A DNA stretch of 64,000 nt from Patescibacteria group bacterium (lineage in GTDB: Bacteria > Patescibacteriota > Minisyncoccia > Phycocordibacterales > UBA9973). The DNA lies in contig JAGWLB010000001.1 in the NCBI GenBank assembly GCA_028865035.1, forward strand, positions 6,673-70,672. Reading direction: 5' to 3'. Under the pieces are notes generated by a model. That model searched no databases, was not told the origin of the DNA, and worked only from the letters and a program-made list of their open reading frames with translations. Positions 17,765-27,765 of this stretch are shown piece by piece. Both the position numbers and the translations under genes were made by a program. Every line of letters begins with the position of its first letter. The first letter of the stretch is position 1.

Positions 17765-18832
17765 TTACATTCCAGTGCTATTAACTCTCAATTTAGTGTA
17801 AGGATTACCGAGATCTCCGTGGAATCCTATGTGAACGTGTGGTCCGGTTGATAAACCAGTCGAACCGACGTATCCTATAATATCACCTTGCTTCACAACT
17901 TCTCCTACTCTAGCAGCGACTTTATTCATATGACCAAAGATTGCTTGACGTCCGTCAGTGAAATCTACAACAACGTACCTTCCATAGCCACCATTATAAC
18001 CAGTTGGGTGAACGATAAGAACAGTCCCATCGTGTACCGCAAATATTGGAGTATTCTTTGGGGCAGCAAAATCATAAGCATCATCAGCGTGTAAACCTTG
18101 AGATACACGTCCAATACCTGCTGGGAACGGCCATATGTAACCTTCACTTTCTTTTGGACTTGTTGTTTGACTTGATTGTGTATTATCTTGTGTTTGTTGA
18201 TCATTAGTATTATCTGCAACCTGTTCATTGCCCACAAATTTATTTGGCGTTGGGATTATTATCTCTGCTTTTTTCTTAACAATAGTTTTTTGTTTTGGCT
18301 TACTAGGAGTACTAGTTTCACTATTTTTTGATTCTATAGAAAGGATCGTTAGAGTTTGTCCTATTTGAAGCAAATCATTTTTGCTTAAATCTGCATTTGA
18401 AAGCAAAATAGTACTGACGGGGACATTTAACTTATTACTAATACCACTTAGAGTATCTCCCTTTTGAACAGTATAAGTGAAAATTTTACTAGTGGAAACA
18501 TATTTCTCTAAATCTGAATCGACACCCAGGGCTCCATCATTAGACAGAAAGGTTATATCATTCTTAGAAGAGGGTGAAGTGTCGTCTTTAATATCTTTAA
18601 AATCTGGATTAACAGAAGATTCTAGTAATGGCACATTTTGAGAATTATAAGTAATACCTTGATTTGGGACAGTTATTTCTGCGGCTTGAGTTTGTTTACC
18701 TAGAACTTTTGTTATTAAATCAGTAAAAAATCCAGCATTTGCATGGTTTGGTTGGTTTAATATATATATAAATATAAACATCAATAAACCCACCTTTACG
18801 ATAAAAGGTTTGATAAATAAGGGTATTTTCAT
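17765..18832 (-). CDS. LysM + M23 family peptidase
   Basis: N-terminal signal/TM, LysM YTVQKGDTLSGI, M23 HADDAYD and STGPHVH motifs. Confidence 0.9.
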   Translation of the reverse strand: MKIPLFIKPFIVKVGLLMFIFIYILNQPNHANAGFFTDLITKVLGKQTQAAEITVPNQGITYNSQNVPLLESSVNPDFKDIKDDTSPSSKNDITFLSNDGALGVDSDLEKYVSTSKIFTYTVQKGDTLSGISNKLNVPVSTILLSNADLSKNDLLQIGQTLTILSIESKNSETSTPSKPKQKTIVKKKAEIIIPTPNKFVGNEQVADNTNDQQTQDNTQSSQTTSPKESEGYIWPFPAGIGRVSQGLHADDAYDFAAPKNTPIFAVHDGTVLIVHPTGYNGGYGRYVVVDFTDGRQAIFGHMNKVAARVGEVVKQGDIIGYVGSTGLSTGPHVHIGFHGDLGNPYTKLRVNSTGM

Positions 18833-19075
18833 CGAACGGTCTCTTTTGCTTGGAGGTTGACCGTCGGAATCTTTTTTTATGGGTTTAATAAGCCTAATTT
18901 ATTAATTACACTCTGATTACCCCATTCTGGGAATTACAGTACGACCGCAAAAGCGAAAGCTGTAATTATATATATAATACAAAGGTAATTGTTACAATCG
19001 TCCAGAAATGCTTGCAAAATAAAGCTTTATTTCTATTCAGTATCTAGAGACTCCATATATTTGTCTCTGTATATA

Positions 19076-19104
19076 AGCCTATCCCATATAATAGACATAG
19101 TCAA
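19076..19104 (-). promoter_or_regulatory. Putative sigma70 promoter for the M23 gene
   Basis: TTGACT-17 bp-TAGGCT on the minus strand. Confidence 0.45.
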
Positions 19105-19170
19105 CGAAGTAATGCACAGGTGCATTTTGTTCCCAATTTTGAGTATATTTAACAAGTATATCTAGTGTTT

Positions 19171-19200
19171 TTGACGTATTTAACGAATATGTTGTATAAT
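19171..19200 (+). promoter_or_regulatory. Sigma70 promoter (leaderless arrangement)
   Basis: TTGACG-18 bp-TATAAT, ATG 6 nt downstream. Confidence 0.65.
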
Positions 19201-19206
19201 TTAACT

Positions 19207-21483
19207 ATGGAAATTAAGGATTTTTTCTCAAATCAGAAAGATAATCAAAACACAGATACTATAAACGTAGTTGGCAAAAACAGAGACGTTAAAGACAATA
19301 AATCACTAAAAAGGATTTGGGGTAAGACGATAAATAGCAATTTTAATCAAAAAACTTATAAATCTTTTGATGGTCTTAGGAAAGATTTTAAAATTAAAAA
19401 AGATGATAATAGCAAGAAATTGATGAATAATATTGCTGAAAACTCGTTTAATGTGAGCCGGGAGAAATTTGAATCGAATTTTAATAAAAAATTCTCTAAA
19501 GATAAATATCCTGAATATAGCGAGGAGACGAAAAAAAACATATTAGCAAAAAAGATAGAAAAGATGAGATATGAGTTCGAAAATAAACCAGACAGAAGGT
19601 ATGAAGACACACTAATACCATTGAATGCAAAATCTTTAATAAAAGACAATAAAAATGCAACTGATAATGATATAATAAATTCATCATCTATGCCTGAGAA
19701 AAATGAACCTAAAATAGAATCTCCTGAAAAAAGTACTCTGAGTGCTGAGGATTTGAAGTTGCAGCAAGATTTATTTGTATCAGCCCAAAAATATGGAACT
19801 GCTTTGCGTGATAAATTAAATACAAATAGAAAAAACCCAAGATTTAAAAATGATTTAGAAATTTTTAATAAAAGCCCTTATGAATCACTGGGAATAGAGC
19901 TTAACAGACTAATAGATAACGGAGTGAATGCCTTAGAGAAAACTAAAAGTAAAGAAGAAAAAGAAATAATACTAAATAGAATAGTAGAAAATAAAATAAC
20001 ATTAAATAGCTTAAAATTAGCAATTAATAAGAATATAACTTTAAAGCAGGTAGAGGTATTATTTAAAGAAAAAGAAAAATCCATACAAGATGAACGTAAC
20101 GAAATTATTACAAAAATTGGTCAGATGCTAAGACAGGGTGTAGATAAAGTTGTAATACATGGACAAACAATTGAAAATGGAGATGAAGTAGAAATTAAAC
20201 CTGAATTTGGTGAAAATATTGATACAGATACACGAGGAGCTTTGTACTTCCTTAGCCTTTCTAAGGGAGTTAAATACAAAGAAGGATCTTATACACAGCT
20301 TGGTTTTAAAGGATCGAAAGTTGATAACGAAGAACCAATCATATCTAACGATCGAAAACAAGACAAAGTTGACACCACTCTTTATATCGATACTTCTGGA
20401 GAAAACCTATCATATAAAATTGGTATTGATGGTAAAGAAATATTTATCGATCATCATCATAAATATGACAACGCGAATTATACATCGGCGACAGAGCTTA
20501 TGTACGAAGTACTTACGAAGAATAAAATGATAAAGTCAGAACCATGGATGAAAAATATGGTTGATTTCGTTACAAATATAGATAATTTATCATACGCAAA
20601 TGACAAAAGATATAACTTAGAATTCTTAAAAAATAAATGGCCCGAGTCTATCATTGGAATTTATAAAAATGTACCATTTAGCAAAATAACTCAATGGTTC
20701 AAAGAAGGCAGGGATCCATTCAAACCAGAATTTACCGAAGCAGATTTAAATGAGGTGCTACCAAAAGTTGAATTAAGTAAAGACGCTGAAGGTAATACAA
20801 TAAAAAAGATAGGAGAAACAAAGCTGTTAGATATAATAAACGACAAAAGAAGAGAGATAGGGGCTGATATAAGTAATGCAAAATTAGCAATCGAACTTAT
20901 GAAAGCGAAGGGTATAAAATTAGAAAATGAACGATTGGGTAAAGTTTTGTATAATTTACAAGATAGACAACAAGAAATAAAAGATATGGGGACTGGAAGA
21001 AACCCAGTAAACAAAATCTATAATGGGTTTCTTGTTACAAAAGCACTAGGTTTAGATAGCTATGTTACATATCAAAATAAATACAATAGATTTTTGATTA
21101 ATACAAATAACCATAATTTAAGACCTATCTATGAAGAAATTAAGAAAATAGTACCGGAAACTGTGTTGGTTAGAGGTGTAATGTTAATGCAACCGCAAGG
21201 GCTATCTAAAAGAAAAGAAATGACAGAAGATAAATTCTTAAATTTGTTAGGATTAAAAAATGAAGTAGAAAAAAGAGATATGCCGACTGAACAAATTACT
21301 GATTTTGAAAAATTAATGAAAGAAATTAAATTAAAAAAAGAAAAAGTAGAGGAAATGAAAGCTAAAGAGGAAGAAATTAAAAATTATTTGAAAAAAATAG
21401 AGGATGCAAAATTAGATAATCAAAATAAAATAACACAAAATAGATTAACTGAGTATATAGATTTTGAAGATATAAAAAACTGA
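19207..21483 (+). CDS. Large Lys/Glu-rich protein with a DHH phosphoesterase-like domain
   Basis: VVIHG...DTDTRGA, LYIDTS, IFIDHHH, TSATELMY, NIDN occur in DHH motif order. Confidence 0.7.
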   Translation: MEIKDFFSNQKDNQNTDTINVVGKNRDVKDNKSLKRIWGKTINSNFNQKTYKSFDGLRKDFKIKKDDNSKKLMNNIAENSFNVSREKFESNFNKKFSKDKYPEYSEETKKNILAKKIEKMRYEFENKPDRRYEDTLIPLNAKSLIKDNKNATDNDIINSSSMPEKNEPKIESPEKSTLSAEDLKLQQDLFVSAQKYGTALRDKLNTNRKNPRFKNDLEIFNKSPYESLGIELNRLIDNGVNALEKTKSKEEKEIILNRIVENKITLNSLKLAINKNITLKQVEVLFKEKEKSIQDERNEIITKIGQMLRQGVDKVVIHGQTIENGDEVEIKPEFGENIDTDTRGALYFLSLSKGVKYKEGSYTQLGFKGSKVDNEEPIISNDRKQDKVDTTLYIDTSGENLSYKIGIDGKEIFIDHHHKYDNANYTSATELMYEVLTKNKMIKSEPWMKNMVDFVTNIDNLSYANDKRYNLEFLKNKWPESIIGIYKNVPFSKITQWFKEGRDPFKPEFTEADLNEVLPKVELSKDAEGNTIKKIGETKLLDIINDKRREIGADISNAKLAIELMKAKGIKLENERLGKVLYNLQDRQQEIKDMGTGRNPVNKIYNGFLVTKALGLDSYVTYQNKYNRFLINTNNHNLRPIYEEIKKIVPETVLVRGVMLMQPQGLSKRKEMTEDKFLNLLGLKNEVEKRDMPTEQITDFEKLMKEIKLKKEKVEEMKAKEEEIKNYLKKIEDAKLDNQNKITQNRLTEYIDFEDIKN

Positions 21484-21496
21484 TAGACTAAATATT

Positions 21497-23551
21497 ATGT
21501 CAGAAAATACAGAACAAAAAAATAAAGAAATAGAAGAAATGGAGAAAGAACTTAGAGAGCTAGAAGCTTCTAAGATTATTGAAGCAGAGGAGCTTAAAAA
21601 AATGGAGATAGATGCCATTAAAAAAGCGAAAGAATTGGGTAAATCTCGGGAAGAATTAATTGCAGAAAATTTTAATGAATCTGATATTGATGAAGTCTAT
21701 GGCTTAAAAGATAGTACCAACCCAGGAAAAACTCAAAAAGCGAATGAGGGCATCAATCAACAAGATGCAGAAGTCAGTACGGCTGATAATAATGATGGGA
21801 ACGAGAAAAATAAAGCCGAAGAAGCCTTATTAGAAAAAGAAGTAGAAGATACTCGTGAAGCATATATAAAAGAATATTTTAACTGTAAAAAAGAGGCGGA
21901 AAGAGAATTTAAAATAGAGAAAACGCGTATAGCCACTTATAATATATTATCTGGAATTAATAATACTTTCTCAAATAACAAATTAAAAAAAGATAAATTT
22001 AGAGAAGAAGATTATTTTAAAGGAAAATATAAAGAATTAAAGAAAGCATATGATCAGGCTGTTACAGATATGGGGAACTATCTCTATAATAAGAAAGTAT
22101 CAGAACTAAAATCGAAAGGTATCTCTGATCAAGAACTAGAAGAAAAGCTTAATAAATATCAAGCAACGGAAATCTTGGTAAAAACAGTTATAAATGAGCA
22201 GAAAAAATTGATCGATGCTAAAAAAAGTAGAGCACCGATAGATCCAACTCTGTGGAAGAAATTAACTGATGGTTATCATAATATAAAACCAGAATGGAGA
22301 AGAGTAGCTCTAAGTACATTACTAGTACTTATGCCAAACGCTACAGTTGATAACATAAAAGAACTACCGCATAGCGATAATGTAAATAAAACCACTATTT
22401 CTAAGGAACATATTTTTAAAGATACTACCAAGAATACTCATATACTGAATAATAAATCTGAAGATATAAATAAAAGTAATAATGTTGCTAATAGTGATAG
22501 CAGTATTAATAAAGTACCGACTCAAGTTAATCCAGAAACAGATACAGTTATAAACACTCCTCATATTAATGATACGGTGGATGACAAAGTACCGACTCAA
22601 GTTAATCCAGAAACAGGTTTAGTGACAAATACTCCTCATATTAAAAATACAGCTGAATTAAAAACTGAGTCCAATAATGTTCCTGAAACAAACAATAAAA
22701 ACTTAGATGGGAATCAGGTTACTCGATCTAATAACAATATCTATAGTACACATAGAGAAGATAATGTTTACCCAAATGGGCAAACATATATGAGCACAAA
22801 TGGAATAGAAGAAGAGCGGATGCGTGAAGTAGAACAAATGAGAAATCTTGATCGAGCTCAAAACAGAATCGATCGTTATGGTATCAATATTGCTTCTGAC
22901 CCTAGACACTTAGAAACTACTGCTGATGTAAGACGTGCCTTTGGTGGTGAAAACGTTATTATAGATAGGCCAGAAAGTAATACTATAAATAACATTAGAT
23001 ACGAGGACTGGAATCGAGCAGCAGAGCATACTTTTGAGCAAAAGGGGGTTCGTTTTGCCTCGTATGCTGAATATGAAAAAGAGATTCAACTTCAGGAACT
23101 TTTTGGCTATGGTGAAGTAGGGGTGGAATACGTGTCTTCTCTTGGTAGGAATGTCAATGTGATAAAAATGAGTTATTTCCGTCAGACACCAGGATGGTCA
23201 ATTATAAGGAAGATTCCCGCTAGAGATTTTTTCAGCTTTGATAGAAATACATTAAGCAATCACGAAATAAAAGAACTTGTTAAAACTGGGTTTTTAAAAG
23301 ATAGAATCATAAATCTTGGACAGCATAGTTACTCTTTTGTTCAACAAGGAGAATTAGAAAGACTGGCTGATTTTTTCTCAAAGATAGATCCATTTAATGC
23401 AGGTCCAATAGGTGATGAAAATATTGAAAACTATATTAGTCGTCTAACAAAGCATATACACCAGACAGAAGATGGAACACTGTTTTTATTCAGAAAAGGT
23501 GGAAGCATTAATGACGAAATTATTAATAATGGTATGGTTAGAAGACCATAA
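21497..23551 (+). CDS. Hypothetical protein (coiled-coil N-terminus, short hydrophobic segment, Asn/Thr-rich linker)
   Basis: 684-aa ORF with no recognisable catalytic motif. Confidence 0.75.
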   Translation: MSENTEQKNKEIEEMEKELRELEASKIIEAEELKKMEIDAIKKAKELGKSREELIAENFNESDIDEVYGLKDSTNPGKTQKANEGINQQDAEVSTADNNDGNEKNKAEEALLEKEVEDTREAYIKEYFNCKKEAEREFKIEKTRIATYNILSGINNTFSNNKLKKDKFREEDYFKGKYKELKKAYDQAVTDMGNYLYNKKVSELKSKGISDQELEEKLNKYQATEILVKTVINEQKKLIDAKKSRAPIDPTLWKKLTDGYHNIKPEWRRVALSTLLVLMPNATVDNIKELPHSDNVNKTTISKEHIFKDTTKNTHILNNKSEDINKSNNVANSDSSINKVPTQVNPETDTVINTPHINDTVDDKVPTQVNPETGLVTNTPHIKNTAELKTESNNVPETNNKNLDGNQVTRSNNNIYSTHREDNVYPNGQTYMSTNGIEEERMREVEQMRNLDRAQNRIDRYGINIASDPRHLETTADVRRAFGGENVIIDRPESNTINNIRYEDWNRAAEHTFEQKGVRFASYAEYEKEIQLQELFGYGEVGVEYVSSLGRNVNVIKMSYFRQTPGWSIIRKIPARDFFSFDRNTLSNHEIKELVKTGFLKDRIINLGQHSYSFVQQGELERLADFFSKIDPFNAGPIGDENIENYISRLTKHIHQTEDGTLFLFRKGGSINDEIINNGMVRRP
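22511..22650 (+). repeat. In-frame tandem duplication, 75-bp period
   Basis: aaagtaccgactcaagttaatccagaaacag at 22511 and 22586 (KVPTQVNPET..TPHI twice). Confidence 0.9.
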
Positions 23552-23564
23552 AAATACTAGTAAT

Positions 23565-23873
23565 ATGTTAGACAACATAGACAACAAAATAATAGAGATA
23601 TTGGGCATTAATAAACTTTCAGAAAATGAACGAAAGGAAGTGGTAGAAAAATTGGGAGCCCTAATATACCAAGGAGTGATGCTTCGTGCCTTAGATATTA
23701 TGGATGAAGAAGATAGAGACACTTTTGAGAAGCTCATTTCAGAAAATTCTGATCCGGAAGTAATTTTTACTTTTGTTGCTGAAAAAATACCAGACATTAA
23801 TGAAATAATCTCAGAAGAAACTGAAAAACTTAAAGATTATGTTACTGATATTATGAGCGGAATCGGGAAATAG
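23565..23873 (+). CDS. Small acidic helical hypothetical protein (DUF5663-like)
   Basis: ILGINKLSENERKEVVEKLGALIYQGVM pattern; family name is from recall and unverified; start ATG 23565. Confidence 0.65.
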   Translation: MLDNIDNKIIEILGINKLSENERKEVVEKLGALIYQGVMLRALDIMDEEDRDTFEKLISENSDPEVIFTFVAEKIPDINEIISEETEKLKDYVTDIMSGIGK

Positions 23874-23900
23874 AAACAAAAATGATACAATGTAGTGCTC

Positions 23901-25829
23901 ATGAATTATTTAGAATCTTTAAATGACAAACAAAAAGAGGCTGTTCTGTATACAGAAGGCCCTCTTTTAATTGTCGCGGGTGCGGGTGCGGGCAAAACAA
24001 AGACTATTACTCATCGTATTATTCATCTTATACATCAAGGAATAAACCCTGAAGCAATATTAGCTGTAACTTTTACGAATAAGGCAGCAAAAGAAATGCG
24101 AGACAGAGTGATGACCTTGCTAGAGAATCCAAATAATGGCAACCAAATTTATCCGGTAGATGGAATACCTTTTGTTTCAACTTTTCACTCATTGGGGGTT
24201 CGTATTATCAAAGAACGCGCACATCTGATAGGGTTAACCAAGCATTTCGCTATTATCGATGAGCACGATGCTCTTGTAATCATAAAAGACGCTATGAAGG
24301 CTGCTGATATCGATCCAAAACAATACGAACCTCGTAAAATCAAAAGTATAATATCAAAAGCAAAAGGAGATTTTATTACTTCAGAGACATACGAGAGAAA
24401 CGCAGCAAGTAGCCTCCAGAGTATTGTCGCTCGAATTTGGCGAGATTATGAGAGAACATTAAAAAAAGAAAAAGCACTGGACTTTGATGATTTGCTACTT
24501 GAAACTGTTTTAATTCTCAAAAAATATCCAGAAATAAAAAAAGAATATCAGGACAGATGGAAATATATTCACATAGATGAATATCAGGATACTAACGAAG
24601 TTCAATATGAACTCGTAAAGTTATTAGTTGGTAAAGAAGAAAATATTTGCGTAGTTGGTGATACTGACCAGAATATTTATAGCTGGCGTGGGGCAAATAT
24701 TAAAAATATGCTAAATTTTGAAAAAGATTATCCAAACGCAAAAATCATAATGCTTGAACAGAATTATCGTTCAACTAAAAATATTATTGAAGCAGCGAAT
24801 AATGTCATAAAGAAAAATCAGTACCGTGTAGATAAAACACTTTTCACAGACAACCAAAAAGGTGAGGTAATAAGTGTGTATGAGGCTTACGACGAAGTAC
24901 ACGAAGGAGAATTCGTAGCTAAAGAAATAGAAAAATTATTACAAACCAACGACCCTGAAGATATCGCTGTCTTGTATCGGGCAAATTTTCAATCAAGAGT
25001 ACTTGAGGAATCCTTACTTAGTAGACAGATACCTTATCAAGTTTTAGGTGTAAAATTCTTTGAACGAAAAGAAATAAAAGATTTATTATCTTATATCCGT
25101 GCTGCATACAACAGAGAAAGCTTGTCTGATATAAAAAGAATTATAAATACACCATCTCGTGGTATTGGTAAAGTTACTTTACTTAAAATTTTCTCTAATC
25201 AGATTGAGAATTTACCAGCTGGGATGCAGTTGAAAATAAGTTTGTTCTACAAACTACTAGATAATATAAAAGAATATGCTTCTACTCACACACCTTCGGA
25301 ATCTATAAAATACGTTATCAAAGAAAGTGGACTTGAAGAGCAGTTATCGAATGGTCCTAGCGATGAACAAGAGCGTCTGGAGAATATGAAAGAGTTGGTC
25401 ACACTCGCAACTAAGTATGACACTTTACCTCAAGAGATCGGCCTCGATAAATTACTTGAGGATGCTTCACTTGCAAGTGACCAAGATACATTGATGCATA
25501 AAGGTAAGGGAGTCAAACTTATGACAGTTCATGCTTCCAAAGGTCTTGAATTTAAATACGTATTTGTCACTGGACTTGAACAAGATCTTTTTCCTCACAC
25601 AAGAAACGGTAGCAAATCAAAAGAAGACGCTGAAGAAGAGCGCAGACTTTTCTATGTGGCACTAACTAGAGCCGAACAGAAATTATATCTGTCCTATGCG
25701 TCAATGCGCACTATATTCGGTAGTAAACAAATAAATACACCCAGTGAATTCATTTATGACATACCAGAGAATCTTACAGAATTTGAACAAGGAAAATTTG
25801 GGAATGGAGAAAAGGTAGTTTATTTATAA
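23901..25829 (+). CDS. pcrA: PcrA/UvrD superfamily 1 DNA helicase
   Basis: AGAGAGKT, DEYQD, VGDTDQNIYSWRGA, LEQNYRS, MTVHASKGLEF, EERRLFYVALTRA. Confidence 0.95.
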   Translation: MNYLESLNDKQKEAVLYTEGPLLIVAGAGAGKTKTITHRIIHLIHQGINPEAILAVTFTNKAAKEMRDRVMTLLENPNNGNQIYPVDGIPFVSTFHSLGVRIIKERAHLIGLTKHFAIIDEHDALVIIKDAMKAADIDPKQYEPRKIKSIISKAKGDFITSETYERNAASSLQSIVARIWRDYERTLKKEKALDFDDLLLETVLILKKYPEIKKEYQDRWKYIHIDEYQDTNEVQYELVKLLVGKEENICVVGDTDQNIYSWRGANIKNMLNFEKDYPNAKIIMLEQNYRSTKNIIEAANNVIKKNQYRVDKTLFTDNQKGEVISVYEAYDEVHEGEFVAKEIEKLLQTNDPEDIAVLYRANFQSRVLEESLLSRQIPYQVLGVKFFERKEIKDLLSYIRAAYNRESLSDIKRIINTPSRGIGKVTLLKIFSNQIENLPAGMQLKISLFYKLLDNIKEYASTHTPSESIKYVIKESGLEEQLSNGPSDEQERLENMKELVTLATKYDTLPQEIGLDKLLEDASLASDQDTLMHKGKGVKLMTVHASKGLEFKYVFVTGLEQDLFPHTRNGSKSKEDAEEERRLFYVALTRAEQKLYLSYASMRTIFGSKQINTPSEFIYDIPENLTEFEQGKFGNGEKVVYL

Positions 25830-25852
25830 TAAAATTTTGCAATTATATACAA

Positions 25853-25952
25853 AATAAAATATTCACGAGAGAACCCTTGCGCAGGCTGCCGAGCCGAGCA
25901 GAGAAAATTTTCAGTAGAAAATTATTCGTGGTGAATCCGAGAATATTTTATT
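25853..25952. other. 100-bp multi-hairpin intergenic element bounded by 12-bp inverted repeats
   Basis: aataaaatattc ... gaatattttatt enclosing three small hairpins and a GC-rich core. Confidence 0.55.
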
Positions 25953-25977
25953 AAGTATATATGCTATTATGATAATC

Positions 25978-26778
25978 ATGATTCATCGCGCGAAGAAATC
26001 TTTAGGCCAAAACTTTCTTAAGTCTATACCAGCATTGAATATGATGTGTGAAGCGGGTAATGTCAGTATCGCAGATACGATACTTGAGATAGGTCCTGGT
26101 AAAGGTGCTCTAACGGAAAAACTTTTAGAAAAAGCAGGTCATGTAATAGCCATAGAAAAAGACCACGAACTTCTTGCGTTTCTAAAAGAAAAGTTTCAGG
26201 AAGAGATAGGGGATAAAAAATTAGAATTAATATATGGAGATATATTAGATTTTGATCCAAGTTCTATTGGGCTAAAAGAGTCAGAGTATAAAATCATTAG
26301 CAATATCCCTTACAATATTACAGGATCAATATTTAAGAAATTTCTTTCGGAAACTATTCAACCTTCGTTAATGATTCTACTTGTACAAAAAGAGGTTGCT
26401 GAGCGTATTGTGGCTCGGGACAGCAAAGAGAGTATTCTATCATTGAGTGTAAAAGCTTACGGTAATCCTAAATATATGATGAAAGTGGGTAAACGTTTCT
26501 TTTCTCCAAGCCCAAAAGTTGACTCGGCTATTATAGCAATTACAGATATTTCAAAGAAAAATTTTAATAACAATAAAAATCTAGAAGTAAAATTCTTTGA
26601 AATTATAAAAGCTTCTTTTGCCCACAAACGTAAGGTTCTGAGGAAAAATTTAGAATCTTTAACTTCAGCTGAAAAAATACACGGGTTGTTTAGTCTCCTT
26701 AATATTAATCCTCAGGCAAGGGCTGAGGATTTACATTTCTCTGTGTGGCTAAAAATAGCCAACTTTTTGAATGAATAA
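25978..26778 (+). CDS. rsmA: 16S rRNA m6,2A dimethyltransferase
   Basis: KKSLGQNFL, LEIGPGKG, SNIPYNIT, QKEVAER, PSPKVDSA. Confidence 0.96.
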   Translation: MIHRAKKSLGQNFLKSIPALNMMCEAGNVSIADTILEIGPGKGALTEKLLEKAGHVIAIEKDHELLAFLKEKFQEEIGDKKLELIYGDILDFDPSSIGLKESEYKIISNIPYNITGSIFKKFLSETIQPSLMILLVQKEVAERIVARDSKESILSLSVKAYGNPKYMMKVGKRFFSPSPKVDSAIIAITDISKKNFNNNKNLEVKFFEIIKASFAHKRKVLRKNLESLTSAEKIHGLFSLLNINPQARAEDLHFSVWLKIANFLNE

Positions 26779-26860
26779 CTAGGTTATTCGCAATAAAATA
26801 TAGTATAATATTCTCATATGAGGCATATTTTTAATACTTATTTGTATATATCTAGTAAAA

Positions 26861-27739
26861 ATGAATAAGTACTTACCAAGCAGACAATTCATAATTAGAG
26901 TCATAGTGATTGCCATAATTATTTCGGTTGCCTTTGGTATCTATAAATTAGTAATTTATTTTAAAAATAAAACAAGCCAAAAAACTTCATTGAAAGTTTT
27001 AGTTAAAGATTTAGTCCAGAAAGATACAAATAATAATGGTATTCCAGATTGGGAAGAATCACTTTGGGGTCTTGATCCGACTACAAATGGCCCTGCAAAC
27101 AAAGAATTTATATTAGCCAAGAGAGCAGCTCTTGCAAAAGATACTACTGTCCCAAAACTTTCTGACGGTATAACTCCATCCAAAGAAAACGAAGCTTTAT
27201 CTCAAGAATTCTTTGCTGTCATTATGTCTCTCCAACAGACTGGCAACTTAGATAGTGCTTCAATGCAATCAGTTGCTGATGCTATAAGTAAAAAAGTAGT
27301 TGCTACACCAATACCTGACATATATACCAAAGATATGGCAGTTATTGAAGACGATGGCACATTACCAATGATAGAATACTATACTGCTTACTTAAATCTA
27401 AATAATAAATATTATAAAGATGATGGTATCGGTACGGAGCTTTCTTTAATTGCCGTAGCATTAAGAGATAAAGACCAAGGAGCCTTAGACCAGGTAGGGA
27501 AAATAGGTGAGGCTTACAAAGCAATGGGTAAAGATCTTATGAAGATACCCGTACCGACAACATTTTTAGCGAATCATTTAGATTTAGCGAATAACTATGA
27601 AAAAATAGGAGAGTCTATCGACGATATGACGAAGATGCTTTCCGATCCAATGGTGGGTATGAGAGCATTTATAAATTACAACAAATACAGCGATGCATTA
27701 GCTAACGATATCAGTTTTCTTTCAGACAATTATAAATAA
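26861..27739 (+). CDS. Membrane-anchored protein with a Ca-binding-like DxxxxGxxD repeat (T4SS-like locus)
   Basis: N-terminal TM; DTNNNGIPDWEESLWGLDP. Confidence 0.75.
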   Translation: MNKYLPSRQFIIRVIVIAIIISVAFGIYKLVIYFKNKTSQKTSLKVLVKDLVQKDTNNNGIPDWEESLWGLDPTTNGPANKEFILAKRAALAKDTTVPKLSDGITPSKENEALSQEFFAVIMSLQQTGNLDSASMQSVADAISKKVVATPIPDIYTKDMAVIEDDGTLPMIEYYTAYLNLNNKYYKDDGIGTELSLIAVALRDKDQGALDQVGKIGEAYKAMGKDLMKIPVPTTFLANHLDLANNYEKIGESIDDMTKMLSDPMVGMRAFINYNKYSDALANDISFLSDNYK

Positions 27740-27765
27740 AAATGATATAATATTATTGACTATCT

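Noticed and set aside
18833-19070. c-di-AMP (ydaO) riboswitch before the M23 gene
   Set aside because: The characteristic conserved segments were not found; kept only as an unknown structured leader
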